Below, one piece after another: positions 48,580 through 58,790 of a DNA stretch of 64,000 nucleotides (the first letter of the stretch is position 1; the number at the start of each line of letters is the position of its first letter). A model generated the notes under the pieces. The model was given only the letters and a program-made list of their open reading frames with translations. It was not told the DNA's origin and did not search any database. The translations under genes and the position numbers were made by a program. Origin of the DNA: an uncultured Candidatus Saccharibacteria bacterium (GTDB lineage: Bacteria; Patescibacteriota; Doudnabacteria; UBA920; O2-02-FULL-48-8); contig CAZSDS010000001.1 in assembly GCA_964605735.1 (NCBI GenBank), positions 639,157 to 703,156 on the forward strand. The letters run 5' to 3'.

Positions 48580-49677
48580 CTATTGAATAATAGGCATCAC
48601 AATGTATGTGTAATTATCTCGTCCCTCCGGCAAAAACATGGCTGGAGACCGGTCGCTGATCAATTTGATTATAATATTCTGCTGTTTTAAGTTGTTCAAG
48701 CAATCCAAAATATATTTATAGTTAAAGATTGCATTGTTTTCTGAGCCGTGAACTTCCGCTTTAATCAAAGTGGTGTTCTCTCCGGCAGCCACACTGGATG
48801 CAGTAACCTTCAACCCCTCCCCAGGAATTGCCTGGATATGGATATTATATGAATCTGCGGCAAACAAGGCTGCAGCTTTTAAAGCATGAATTAAACTTTC
48901 CCTATCTGCAGTGATGTTTGTTTGAAATTCTTTGGGAATAATCTCTTTGTATGGGGGATAGTTGCCGTCAATCAGACGTGAAATCAGTTCAGTTTCTTCG
49001 AATTTGAACAAAACCTGGCTTTCAGAGAAGTAAACTTCCACATCACCCTTACCTGTGCTTAAAATCTTGTATAACTCGTTTATGGTGCGGGCTGGGATGA
49101 TAACGTCTCTTTGGGTTTTTACCGCGTCCTTGAGCACTGCAACGCGTTCTGCGAGCCTATAGCGATCAGTTGCGGCTATCTTCACCTTATCTTCTTCAAA
49201 ATTAAAGTAAACTCCTGAAATTTCAGGTTGTGTTTCGTTATTGGCAGCGGCCCAGATGGTTTCAGAAAGCGCGTCCCGCAACTCCTGGCTGTCAATTTTA
49301 GCGTAGGCCTCGTCAGCAACTTGGGGAATAAGCGGGAAATCATCAGAAGAAAGGCCTCGGATATTAGTGTTGTAATTTTCCGAAGACAAATTCAACATAG
49401 TTTCCTGCGTTGTCATTGTTATGACGTCAGTCGGAAGATTGCTTATATATTCATTGATCAGTTTAGCCGGGACCGTAAGCGAACCTTCTTCTTCAATTTT
49501 GCCGCCGATCCAAGTATTCACCCCAATCTCAAGGTTCGTGGAAGAAAGTTTAATTCTACCCTGATCAGTCTTCACTAGAATATTATTCAATACCTGTAAC
49601 GGATTCCCCACACCAACAACTCGACTGACCACAAACAAACCTTTTTTCAAATTCTCCTTGGTACATATTAATTTCAT
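48580..49677 (-). CDS. dnaN: DNA polymerase III beta clamp
   Basis: TNLE, DFP, ATD.YRL, SRLIDGNYP.Y, VMPI; downstream of dnaA. Confidence 0.96.
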   Translation of the reverse strand: MKLICTKENLKKGLFVVSRVVGVGNPLQVLNNILVKTDQGRIKLSSTNLEIGVNTWIGGKIEEEGSLTVPAKLINEYISNLPTDVITMTTQETMLNLSSENYNTNIRGLSSDDFPLIPQVADEAYAKIDSQELRDALSETIWAAANNETQPEISGVYFNFEEDKVKIAATDRYRLAERVAVLKDAVKTQRDVIIPARTINELYKILSTGKGDVEVYFSESQVLFKFEETELISRLIDGNYPPYKEIIPKEFQTNITADRESLIHALKAAALFAADSYNIHIQAIPGEGLKVTASSVAAGENTTLIKAEVHGSENNAIFNYKYILDCLNNLKQQNIIIKLISDRSPAMFLPEGRDNYTYIVMPIIQ

Positions 49678-49908
49678 ATATTTAAAAAAGAATAATAGTA
49701 ATAAGTGATGTTAGTTTGTGAACAAGATGTATAAATGCTTTTGTTTGTTAAGGATTTTTAAAATTTTTCGCTGTAGATTTTTATAATGACTTGTGGGGAA
49801 CTTGTTTATACTCCCGGAATAACTTTAACTTTCATTTTTAGCGCTGATGTTTGTTAACTATTTTTATACAACTCATCCACATCAATTCACAGGTTATGCA
49901 CTGAATTT
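49678..49908. other. oriC, dnaA-dnaN part: DnaA boxes plus DnaA-trio array
   Basis: Boxes TTGTTCACA (49717-25, minus), TTCCCCACA (49792-800, minus), TCATCCACA (49873-81), TTATGCACT (49894-902); TTATTACTATTATT trios at 49691-49704 (minus). Confidence 0.85.
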
Positions 49909-51258
49909 TTAATTAAGATAAATTCTATCCCTGATTAGATCGATCTCCTGTTTTAGCCCACTTTTTTCTTTAATATTCTTCTCGACTTTATCAATGGCAT
50001 GGATAACAGTGGTGTGATCGCGGCCACCAAAGAACTCACCTATTGAAGGCAAGGAAGTTTCCAGCTCTTTTCTGATGATGTACATGGCAATTTGGCGCGG
50101 GTTTACATACTCTTTCTTTCTGGATTGTTTAAGCAGGTCTTCCGGCTGGACATTGTAAAAATCCGAAACAATTTCAATGATTTTTTTGGCTGAAACTCCG
50201 CGTTTTTTAGGCGGCGTTATTACGCTGACCAGAATATTTTTAACTTGGTCGATTGTCGGACGGGTGTTGTTAAGCTGGCAGTAAACCATCAAACGGTTTA
50301 AAGCGCCTTCCAGTTCGCGAATGTTGCTCTGGATGGTCTCTGCAATGTACTGGAGAATTTCCGGCTCTATATTGTAATTTTTTTCCTTACACTTGTTCTT
50401 TAAAATTGCCAGGCGTGTTTCAAGGTCTGGGGAAGCAATATCTGCTATCATCCCCCATTCAAATCTTGAAACCAAACGCTCCTCAATTGCCGGAATTTCT
50501 TTTGGTAATCGGTCAGAAGTCATGATTACCTGTTTGTTGTTTTGGTGAAGTGCGTTGAAAGTATGGAAAAACTCTTCCTGAGTCCCCTCTTTTCCAGCCA
50601 AAAACTGAATATCGTCAATCAAAAGAACGTCAACACTGCGGTAAAGTGATTTAAATTGCTCGGCTTTGCCCTGCGAGAGCGCAGACACGAACTCGTTAGT
50701 GAATCTTTCAGAGGTAACGTATAGGATTTTTGCGTCCGGTGTGCGTTTTAATACATCATTGCCCACTGCCTGCATTAAATGTGTCTTGCCAAGACCTACC
50801 CCGCCGTAAATAAACAGTGGATTGTAGGTTGTCCCCGGCTTTTTGCTTACTGCAAGACTTGCCGCGTGCGCCAACTGGTTGTGTGAGCCAACAATAAACG
50901 TGTCGAATGTATATTTAGGGTTAAGATTCTGGTTTGGTTCTTGTTTTCTGGCGTTTGATGGGATGGAAGCTGTCCTGGCTGCCTCTTTTGGCGCAATAGG
51001 GGCCACAAAAGTTGGGCTGACAATTTGGTATTTTACTTCTTTTATTTCCGGCGCGATTGTTTTTAGGGCTTTGAGTATTTCCTGGTGGTACTTGTTCTGT
51101 AACCACTCCTTGCTGAAAGCATTTGGCACCCCAACAACGATGCCAGTATCACTTTTTTCGATAATAGAGGTGTTTTTAAACCAGGTAATGAAGTTTGCCT
51201 TGCTTAGAGAAAGCTCCATATTACCCAGAATAGCTTGCCATAGCTGTTGGTTTGTCAT
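49909..51258 (-). CDS. dnaA: Chromosomal replication initiator DnaA
   Basis: YNPLFIYGGVGLGKTHL, LLIDDIQF, QEEFFHTFN, RELEGAL, RDHTTV. Confidence 0.99.
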   Translation of the reverse strand: MTNQQLWQAILGNMELSLSKANFITWFKNTSIIEKSDTGIVVGVPNAFSKEWLQNKYHQEILKALKTIAPEIKEVKYQIVSPTFVAPIAPKEAARTASIPSNARKQEPNQNLNPKYTFDTFIVGSHNQLAHAASLAVSKKPGTTYNPLFIYGGVGLGKTHLMQAVGNDVLKRTPDAKILYVTSERFTNEFVSALSQGKAEQFKSLYRSVDVLLIDDIQFLAGKEGTQEEFFHTFNALHQNNKQVIMTSDRLPKEIPAIEERLVSRFEWGMIADIASPDLETRLAILKNKCKEKNYNIEPEILQYIAETIQSNIRELEGALNRLMVYCQLNNTRPTIDQVKNILVSVITPPKKRGVSAKKIIEIVSDFYNVQPEDLLKQSRKKEYVNPRQIAMYIIRKELETSLPSIGEFFGGRDHTTVIHAIDKVEKNIKEKSGLKQEIDLIRDRIYLN

Positions 51259-51537
51259 GCTTTTATAGGGTTACGGTCTTAGGTTTGAACGAGTTATTAA
51301 CAGGGTAAAAAATATCCTATCCATAATAACAGATTAGTTATCCCCATGTAAACTCGTACAAAAAGGCTAGTTTAAGCCATAATTTAGGGGGTGTGTGCAT
51401 AGATTGGGGATAACGGGTGCAAAGGCTGGGGCTAGATCGCAGGGGGATGACAAAATAGCAATTTTCCATTATAATCTTTAGGTAAATCGGCGGCTTACTC
51501 AAAACAATTATTAGCATAAAGTTGCCGTATTGATATT
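51259..51537. promoter_or_regulatory. dnaA-rpmH divergent region with DnaA-box-like sites (second part of bipartite oriC / dnaA autoregulation)
   Basis: TTATTAACA 51294, CTATCCATA 51317, TTATCCCCA 51338 and 51405 (minus), CTATGCACA 51394 (minus). Confidence 0.7.
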
Positions 51538-51672
51538 ATGAAGCCTACTTACAACCCGAAAAAGGTTCACAGAAAGCGCGTCCATGGCTTTAGAAAGCGC
51601 ATGAAAACCCGCAACGGCAGAACTGTCCTGGCCCGCCGACGTGCAAAAGGCCGAAAGAAATTGTCAGTTTAA
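51538..51672 (+). CDS. rpmH: 50S ribosomal protein L34 (not in ORF track)
   Basis: [44 protein letters not shown]; canonical position. Confidence 0.97.
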   Translation: MKPTYNPKKVHRKRVHGFRKRMKTRNGRTVLARRRAKGRKKLSV

Positions 51673-52007
51673 TGCCAAAAAAGCTTGTTTTTCTTAAAAC
51701 TGAAGAAGATTTCGCAAATTTTAAGAAGAGCCGCAAGCTTGTTTCTGCCAATTTCATTTTCCGTTGGCATGTGCCCAAGAACCAAAACATTACCCGTTTT
51801 GGTTTTATTGTTCCCAAGAAAACCTTCAAGAAAGTCACGGACAGAAACAAGATAAAGCGGCGGATTAAGGCAATTTTAGCCAAACACTCAGCTGGTATGA
51901 GGCCGGTGGATATACTGTTCTTCCCAAAACCTGCTAGTATTAAGCTGAAGTTTGCAGATCTGGAAGCAGAAATTCTGGAGCTTTTAAAAAAATCAGGGGT
52001 TTTATGA
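51672..52007 (+). CDS. rnpA: Ribonuclease P protein component
   Basis: RFGFIV.KK..K....RNKIKRR (RNR-like motif); position after rpmH. Confidence 0.92.
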   Translation: MPKKLVFLKTEEDFANFKKSRKLVSANFIFRWHVPKNQNITRFGFIVPKKTFKKVTDRNKIKRRIKAILAKHSAGMRPVDILFFPKPASIKLKFADLEAEILELLKKSGVL

Positions 52008-52276
52008 AAACAATATCGCGGATCTTGCAAGAAATTAGCAGAATTTTGGCTTGGCCGCTTCTCGCGGTCGTTTTCTTGTACCAAAAGTCCCTCTCCCCTG
52101 ACCACGGATTGCTCAAACCTTTTTATCCTTACGGATACTGCAAATTCTATCCCACATGTTCTGAGTATGCATCAATAGTTTTGCGGACAAAAGGGATTAT
52201 TGGTTTACCGAAAATATTTAAACGCGTCGTTTCCTGCAACCCCTGGAGCATGGGCGGCGTAGATTGGCCAAAATAA
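52004..52276 (+). CDS. yidD: Membrane protein insertion efficiency factor
   Basis: YQK.LSP, CKFYPTCSEY, CNPW..GG.D. Confidence 0.93.
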   Translation: MKTISRILQEISRILAWPLLAVVFLYQKSLSPDHGLLKPFYPYGYCKFYPTCSEYASIVLRTKGIIGLPKIFKRVVSCNPWSMGGVDWPK

Positions 52277-52280
52277 CTTT

Positions 52281-53021
52281 ATGGGAAATATATTCAATAC
52301 GATTTTAGTGGAGCCGTTGCTTAATGCCCTGGTTTTTATCTATGACTACATTCCGGACATTGGCGTGGCAATTATCATTCTGACGGTTCTGGTTAGATTG
52401 CTTTTATTGCCTTCGTTCCATAAGTCTTTGAAACATCAGCGCGACATCCAGAAACTCCAGCCAAAAATGCGCGAGATCAAGGAAAAGTACAAGGATGACC
52501 AACAGCAACAGGCGCAGGCTATGATGGAGCTTTACAAGGTTCATAAAGTTAACCCACTAAGTTCTTGTTTGCCGATACTGATCCAGTTGCCGTTGCTGTT
52601 TGCCTTGTATCGCGTTTTCATTCAAAGTTTGAACGGAGAGCAAATCCAGGGGTTGTATAGTTTTGTCAAAAATCCAGGGATGATTGACCCGATGTTCATG
52701 GGATTTATTGATCTTGCGGCTAAGGGGAATTATTGGATGGCGGCTGCAGCCGCGGTTTTGCAGTTCTTCCAAACCAAAATGTACCAGCATGGCAAGGCAA
52801 AAGAAGCGGCTTCCGCTTCTTCAGACGACACCATGGAAGCCACAAACCGCATGATGATGAACTATATGATGTATTTTCTGCCAGCTCTGACGTTTTTCTT
52901 CGGTATTCAGTTTCCAGCCGGCTTGTCATTGTACTGGATAACCACTACCCTATTCGGTATTGGTCAGCAATATTACATCTTAAGGAAGGAAGCAAAGGAA
53001 GCATTGTATGGAAAACAATAA
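52281..53021 (+). CDS. yidC: Membrane protein insertase YidC (short, monoderm-type)
   Basis: AIIILT..VR..L.P, LQP....K.KY, NP..SCLP..IQ.P, GL.LYW. Confidence 0.93.
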   Translation: MGNIFNTILVEPLLNALVFIYDYIPDIGVAIIILTVLVRLLLLPSFHKSLKHQRDIQKLQPKMREIKEKYKDDQQQQAQAMMELYKVHKVNPLSSCLPILIQLPLLFALYRVFIQSLNGEQIQGLYSFVKNPGMIDPMFMGFIDLAAKGNYWMAAAAAVLQFFQTKMYQHGKAKEAASASSDDTMEATNRMMMNYMMYFLPALTFFFGIQFPAGLSLYWITTTLFGIGQQYYILRKEAKEALYGKQ

Positions 53022-53505
53022 TATTGAGATTGCAAAAAAAGTCATTAAGGAAATGCTTGGGCACATGGGTTTTACTGCCGAAGTTTACGAACGCCAGGAA
53101 GAAGGGCGTGTGGTTTTCAATGTCCGATGCGATGATGCCAAGCTTTTGATCGGAAAACAGGGTGCAACTTTGGAAGCCTTGCAGTATTTGATTAAACTGG
53201 TTGTTTATAGGCAGATTCCACCGGAAGAAAAGTTCTCCTTTGCTGTTGATATTGATGACTACAAAGATAAGCGCGTTATCTACCTGAAGGATTTGGCACG
53301 AAAGGCTGCACATCAGGTCAAGACCACAAAGAAGCCCGTTTCTCTGGTACCAATGCCTTCGCACGAAAGGCGGGTCATCCATAATTACTTGTCGTTATAC
53401 TCTGATGTGTCTTCGGAGAGTATTGGAAAAGAGCCGGAGCGCAAAATCATTATCCGGTACAAGAAGCCGCAAGATTCCGGTTTTAACCTCATAGAAGAAA
53501 TGTAA
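53008..53505 (+). CDS. jag: Jag/KhpB KH-R3H RNA-binding protein (no N-terminal Jag domain)
   Basis: LIGK.G.TL.ALQ (KH) and ERR.IH..L (R3H). Confidence 0.85.
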   Translation: MENNNIEIAKKVIKEMLGHMGFTAEVYERQEEGRVVFNVRCDDAKLLIGKQGATLEALQYLIKLVVYRQIPPEEKFSFAVDIDDYKDKRVIYLKDLARKAAHQVKTTKKPVSLVPMPSHERRVIHNYLSLYSDVSSESIGKEPERKIIIRYKKPQDSGFNLIEEM

Positions 53506-53546
53506 AACAAAAACCCCCAGCACGGGGGTTTCTTTTTTTGGGGGTC

Positions 53547-54752
53547 TTACTCTTCAATAAAGAAGATTGCAAGCACTGACCAGAAAAGCACTGATAGGTC
53601 ATTTTTGAAATAAGGGGCGTCCACCATCCCATGCACAAACATAGTTACCAGGAATAAAGCTGCGGCCAAGGAAAGCAGGTGGGGTTTTTGCTTATATCTT
53701 TTTAAAGCAAAAAAGATGATTAAAGCGAAGCAAATAATTCCCAGCAAACCCGTTTCTATCCAGAAATTCAAGATGATGTTGTGCGGATAGTTCAGGATTT
53801 CTCCCTGGTACTCAGGATTTTGCTCAAGTGTGGTCCTGAATCCGTACAATCCGTTTCCTAAAAGCGGATTTCCCAGAATTTTATCAACTGCTGCCTTGTA
53901 CAGCGCTACCCGCTCCCCGCTTGAAGCGTCATTGAAGGATTGCTTAAACCTGTTGAAAGCGAATGGAGACATAACTATTAGGGCAATAGCCAAACCAGCC
54001 GCCCATTTGCGAACCGCCTGACGGTTTTGTTTTATCAAAAGCACTGCTAATCCGGCTAAAATTCCCAGCCATGCTCCCCTGGAATAAGTCAGCATTAGTG
54101 CAATCAGCATAAGAATGAGCCCTGACCCCATTTGCCATGGTTTTACAACGCGATATTGTTTGGCGAACAAGGACAAGAAGAGTGTGAATACCGGCGCCAG
54201 ATACAATGCCAGGGCATTCGGATACTCAAACACTGAAGTGATTCGTTTTATTTCTTCTCCATACCCCCAAAACCTCAATGGCAACCATAAATGAGTCCAG
54301 TATTGGACAATGCCAAACAAGCTAATAAGCGTGGCAGACCAAAACAGGAACGCAAGCGGCGTTTTCAGCTCCTGTTTGGATTTGAAAATTACAACCGCGG
54401 CATAGAACAACAGGATTGGTTCCACAAAAAAAGCCTTAAACTGGCCCAGCGCGCGCACTGGCTCAGGCGAAACCAAAACCGAAATTATTGCTGCCGCAAC
54501 CAATCCAAGCACTGCTTGGTTAATCTGGCCCAGCTTTTTGATTTTTACCCAAGACTCTTTTTTGTAATGCGTTAGCAACACTGCTAACAAAAACACCCCA
54601 ACCATCAGTTCAAGTGCGGTGGTTGGGATGCCGACTATTTGAAAGCGCAACAGGTAGGCTGGGAGCAGTGCCAGTAATATTCCATACGCAGCCTTGCTGT
54701 ATCTAAAACTGATTCCGAAAAAGATTGTAAGAAAGGCTATTCCTGCTGTCAT
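53547..54752 (-). CDS. O-antigen ligase-family membrane protein
   Basis: R..SVF..PN.LA, T.SRGAW.G, P.LG.G, YPHN..L....E.G..G. Confidence 0.88.
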   Translation of the reverse strand: MTAGIAFLTIFFGISFRYSKAAYGILLALLPAYLLRFQIVGIPTTALELMVGVFLLAVLLTHYKKESWVKIKKLGQINQAVLGLVAAAIISVLVSPEPVRALGQFKAFFVEPILLFYAAVVIFKSKQELKTPLAFLFWSATLISLFGIVQYWTHLWLPLRFWGYGEEIKRITSVFEYPNALALYLAPVFTLFLSLFAKQYRVVKPWQMGSGLILMLIALMLTYSRGAWLGILAGLAVLLIKQNRQAVRKWAAGLAIALIVMSPFAFNRFKQSFNDASSGERVALYKAAVDKILGNPLLGNGLYGFRTTLEQNPEYQGEILNYPHNIILNFWIETGLLGIICFALIIFFALKRYKQKPHLLSLAAALFLVTMFVHGMVDAPYFKNDLSVLFWSVLAIFFIEE

Positions 54753-54755
54753 TTT

Positions 54756-57431
54756 TTAATTCTTCTTTTTGTTTTTATTATTGCCGTTGCCATTACTATT
54801 TATAATCAGGTCCAGGATTGAGCCTCGGTCTTCCTCATCATCATTGATACCAAAGCTGTCTCCCAGCACCTCTACCCTTACACTATACTGGATTCTTTCG
54901 CCATTGAACATGTTCACCTGAGCTGTGAGTGTTTGCCAACCGCTTCTCTCTGCCGTAACCAGGAAGTTATACGGAGAATCGTCCCTGCGGTCAATATACT
55001 TCCCTTCAAAATACAATTCCACGCTTTTCGGTTTTTCGCCTGTTATTTGCAGTCTGACGTCAAAAGGAGAATTGACTTGGCTGTTCCCGCTTGGGGCCAG
55101 GAAGGTTACTTGCGTTTTGGAGAAGTTAGGGTTGATTGAGCCGTCGTCCTGTTCTGTTGGGGGATAGTTGTAACCGGCGGCCAGGGCCCAGTTTCGGACC
55201 GGGGTTTCCCAGTTTGGGCGGTCAGGTTGTTCGGAATGGAGCACGGTATAGACGCGTGTTTCGATAAACTCTTCCGGTGTGCTGTCATTGGCAAGCTTGC
55301 CGTTCATGCGGTTTATGCGAACCGCGACGTGCACGTCGTCGTGTTCTTTGGGCACGGAATTTTCGGCAAAAACTTCCTGTTTAGTGGAAGGCGTATATTC
55401 AGTGGGGAGTTTTCCTGACACAGAATCAACAAACAGTCTTTGGATTCCTTCCGGAGCCTGGAATTGCTCTGGTGAGGTGCCTGCAGTGGCTTCCCGCATA
55501 AACTGGTTCCAGATTGGTGCGGCCGTAAACACGCCATCTGCGCCTGCTCTCATCAACTCACCTTTGTTGTTGCCGGTCCACACTCCGGCTACCAATGAAG
55601 GAGTATAACCAATGGTCCATCCGTCTTTCCATTCTTGTGTGGTTCCGGTTTTGGCGCCCACTACGCGGTCAGGAAGGACAAGCGGTGATCTTGAACCAAA
55701 GACGTATGATCTGGCCTGGTTGTCAGTCATAATGTCGACTATCTCGTATGCCACTTGCGGGTTGATCACTTCCCTGCCCGCTTCTTTATATTCTTCCAGC
55801 ACCTGTCCTTTACTGTCAGTGATTTTCAGGATTGGAGTATGGTCATGCTTAACTCCCATGTTTGCGAATACGCCCATTGCGGAAACATGGTCAAGCAATG
55901 TTACTTCACAACCGCCAAGCACCAGAGACAAACCGCATCGGTCAGTGTCCAGCGGCGAGGTTATGCCCAAATCTTTTGCAGTATCAATTGCATCCTGCAC
56001 TCCGGTCAAAAACAAGGTTTTTACCGCAGGCACGTTTAAAGAGCCAGCCAAGGCTTTTCTCATTGAGACTGGGCCATGAGACGCGCCGTCATAGTTGGCT
56101 GGGGTGTAGTCCCTGCCGCCAAAGGTTCCGAAATTAGTCCTGACGTCCATTAACATGGTTGCCGGAGACATGCCTTCTTTGAAGGCTGTGGCGTAAACAT
56201 AAGGCTTAAAGGAAGATCCCGGCTGTCTTTGTCTGAGTGCCACGTTAACCTGGCCATCAATATCTTCTGCAAAATAATCCTTCGACCCGACCATGGCCAG
56301 AATGTGTCCGGTTTTTGGGTTAATGGCAACCAGGGCTGCGTTTTCAGCGCGGTAATTTTTTGCATTTCGGGCAGCTCCTTCAGCCACCGCCTTTTCAGCC
56401 ATTTCCTGTAATCTCCAGTCCAGGGTGGTGACCACCCTTAAACCACCTTCTTCCAAGGTTTTTTCGCCGTATTCTTCAGCGAGCAATTGTTGGACATACT
56501 GGACAAAGTGCGGAGCCTTGATTGCAGTTTTTATTTTGCTGAAAGCTACCTTTTCCGCTTTGGCTTTATCCCTGTCCTCTGCCGAGATGTATCCCTGTCT
56601 TTGCATTTCATCCAAGACCAGGTTTTTTCTGACCTCCCAGCGGTCAGGGTTGTTGCTGTAAAAGCTTGGCGCTTGCGGCACGGCAGCAAGATAAGCAGCT
56701 TCAGCCAAGCTTAAGTCGTTCGCGCTTTTGCCAAAGTATGTTTGTGCAGCTGCTTCCACGCCATAAGCGTTTCGTCCATAAGGAATTTCGTTCAGATAGA
56801 GTTTCAAGATTTCGTCTTTGCTGAATTTCTGTTCCATTTGAATGGCCAAAACAGCCTCTTTGATTTTTCTGACGTAGGCTTCAAGCGTTGATTCTTTATG
56901 GTCCGGCAGAAGAATGGCGTTTTTGACAAACTGCTGGGTGATGGTGGATCCACCTTGGCTGGTCAGGTCGCCGCGGGTTACATTCTTTACCGCGGATCTG
57001 ATAATGCCGTCAATATCCACGCCTTTGTTGCGGTAAAAATCCTTGTCTTCAATGGCAATGGTTGCATCTCTCATGTATTGCGGGACCTGATCAAGCTCAA
57101 CCAAAGTTCGTTTGGCTTCACCGTGGATTTCATACAACAAAGTCTGCCCGTCATTGGCGTAAATTTTGGTTGACTCAGGGACTACGCGCGCAGATAATTT
57201 GTTCGGGTTAGGCAAACTTAAAGACACGATGAAAAACATGATACTGCCTGCAATTAGTCCAAGCCCGGCCAGTCCAAGACCGTACTTCAATGACTTTTTC
57301 CAGGTCCAGTTTGCAAAGAATTTCCGTTTCATTTTACGGGCGGTTTCCTTTATCCAAGCCACTGACCCATTGACTGAGTTTTCCCATTTTGGGCGGCGGT
57401 TGTGTTTATTCCAGTTAAAATGGTAATACAT
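54756..57431 (-). CDS. Class A penicillin-binding protein (PBP1A family)
   Basis: EDKDFY, GGSTITQQ, RKIKE; SSFK, SLN, KTGT. Confidence 0.95.
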   Translation of the reverse strand: MYYHFNWNKHNRRPKWENSVNGSVAWIKETARKMKRKFFANWTWKKSLKYGLGLAGLGLIAGSIMFFIVSLSLPNPNKLSARVVPESTKIYANDGQTLLYEIHGEAKRTLVELDQVPQYMRDATIAIEDKDFYRNKGVDIDGIIRSAVKNVTRGDLTSQGGSTITQQFVKNAILLPDHKESTLEAYVRKIKEAVLAIQMEQKFSKDEILKLYLNEIPYGRNAYGVEAAAQTYFGKSANDLSLAEAAYLAAVPQAPSFYSNNPDRWEVRKNLVLDEMQRQGYISAEDRDKAKAEKVAFSKIKTAIKAPHFVQYVQQLLAEEYGEKTLEEGGLRVVTTLDWRLQEMAEKAVAEGAARNAKNYRAENAALVAINPKTGHILAMVGSKDYFAEDIDGQVNVALRQRQPGSSFKPYVYATAFKEGMSPATMLMDVRTNFGTFGGRDYTPANYDGASHGPVSMRKALAGSLNVPAVKTLFLTGVQDAIDTAKDLGITSPLDTDRCGLSLVLGGCEVTLLDHVSAMGVFANMGVKHDHTPILKITDSKGQVLEEYKEAGREVINPQVAYEIVDIMTDNQARSYVFGSRSPLVLPDRVVGAKTGTTQEWKDGWTIGYTPSLVAGVWTGNNKGELMRAGADGVFTAAPIWNQFMREATAGTSPEQFQAPEGIQRLFVDSVSGKLPTEYTPSTKQEVFAENSVPKEHDDVHVAVRINRMNGKLANDSTPEEFIETRVYTVLHSEQPDRPNWETPVRNWALAAGYNYPPTEQDDGSINPNFSKTQVTFLAPSGNSQVNSPFDVRLQITGEKPKSVELYFEGKYIDRRDDSPYNFLVTAERSGWQTLTAQVNMFNGERIQYSVRVEVLGDSFGINDDEEDRGSILDLIINSNGNGNNKNKKKN

Positions 57432-57528
57432 AATAAATTCGCTACTTTTTCACCTACTAATTCTACCAAAAAACTGGTATTATATAAAGGCAAAACGAGG
57501 GCATTGGCAAGATAATTGAAATTGATAT

Positions 57529-58704
57529 ATGAAAGCTAATTTAGAAGAGGTGCTGACCAGGGGCGTGTCAGAAATCATTGGCCGCGAAAAATTTGATAAA
57601 GCTGTTAAAGGGAAGAAGAAGCTCCGAATAAAATTGGGCATTGATCCAACCAGTCCGAACATCCATATCGGCCGGGCTGTGGTGCTTTGGAAGTTGCGGG
57701 CGTTCCAGGACATGGGGCACCAGGTTGTTTTCATTGTCGGAGATTTTACCGGGTTGATTGGCGACACTTCCGACAAGGAATCTGAGAGGCCGATGCTGAC
57801 CGAAGCTCAGGTTAAGCAGAACTTGAAGACATATTTCCAGCAGGCATATAAGATTTTGGACAAGCACAAGACTGAAACGCACTACAATTCCAAATGGTTG
57901 AAGAAATTAGGGTTTTTGGAAATCGGGAAAATGGCTGACCTGTTCGGCTTGCATGAATTTGCTTCACGCGAACTGATTAAAAAGAGACTGGATGCCGGTA
58001 AGCGCGTTTCCCTGCGCGAACTCCTCTACCCTCTCATGCAGGGATATGACAGCGTTGCAGTGAAGGCTGATGTTGAGTTGGGTGGCACGGACCAGAGGTT
58101 TAATTTATTGGCTGGCCGAACTATTCAACCTTTGTACGGACAAGAACCGCAGTCCATTATGACTTTTGAATTGCTTGAGGGAACGGATGGCCGCAAGATG
58201 AGTTCGTCTTGGGGCAATGTTATAAATATCACTGACGAGCCAAATGATATGTTCGGTAAAGTAATGAGCCTGCACGACAGTTTGATTATCCGATACTTTA
58301 CATTGGCCACCAGAGTTCCGCTTAAAGATATTGCTATTTTTGAGAAAGAACTGGAAAAAGGGGCGAACCCCCGTGTAATTAAGAAACGATTGGCAGAGGA
58401 AATAGTTACACTCTACTATGGCAAAGACGCTGCAAAAAAGGCCTCGGAAGAGTTTGACCGGGTGTTTAGCCAAAAGGAAAAACCAAGCGAAATTCCTGAA
58501 ATGAGGGTGAAGTCCCAGAACATAATTGACTTGTTGGTGGAGACTAAGCTTGCGCCGAGCAAGAGCGAGGCGCGCCGGCTGGTTCAGCAAGGCGGCGTGA
58601 AATTGAATGACATGGTGATTACGGAATGGGATGCAACGCTTGATGTGGAAGATGGGCAAATTTTGCAGACTGGTAAGAGAAAGTTTGTAAAGTTGAAGTG
58701 TTAG
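57529..58704 (+). CDS. tyrS: Tyrosine--tRNA ligase
   Basis: GIDPTS..IHIGR, YPLMQGYD, GGTDQ.FN, KMSSS, C-terminal S4 domain. Confidence 0.96.
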   Translation: MKANLEEVLTRGVSEIIGREKFDKAVKGKKKLRIKLGIDPTSPNIHIGRAVVLWKLRAFQDMGHQVVFIVGDFTGLIGDTSDKESERPMLTEAQVKQNLKTYFQQAYKILDKHKTETHYNSKWLKKLGFLEIGKMADLFGLHEFASRELIKKRLDAGKRVSLRELLYPLMQGYDSVAVKADVELGGTDQRFNLLAGRTIQPLYGQEPQSIMTFELLEGTDGRKMSSSWGNVINITDEPNDMFGKVMSLHDSLIIRYFTLATRVPLKDIAIFEKELEKGANPRVIKKRLAEEIVTLYYGKDAAKKASEEFDRVFSQKEKPSEIPEMRVKSQNIIDLLVETKLAPSKSEARRLVQQGGVKLNDMVITEWDATLDVEDGQILQTGKRKFVKLKC

Positions 58705-58790
58705 TTGGGCGATATTTGAAAACCCCTGGTGCAAACCCGGGGTTTTGACTTTTCAAGACGTAATTAGTTATCATGCTCGCCAGGAGGGAT

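Noticed and set aside
57432-57528. T-box upstream of tyrS
   Set aside because: Intergenic region is short and AT-rich with no UGGN-ACC antiterminator
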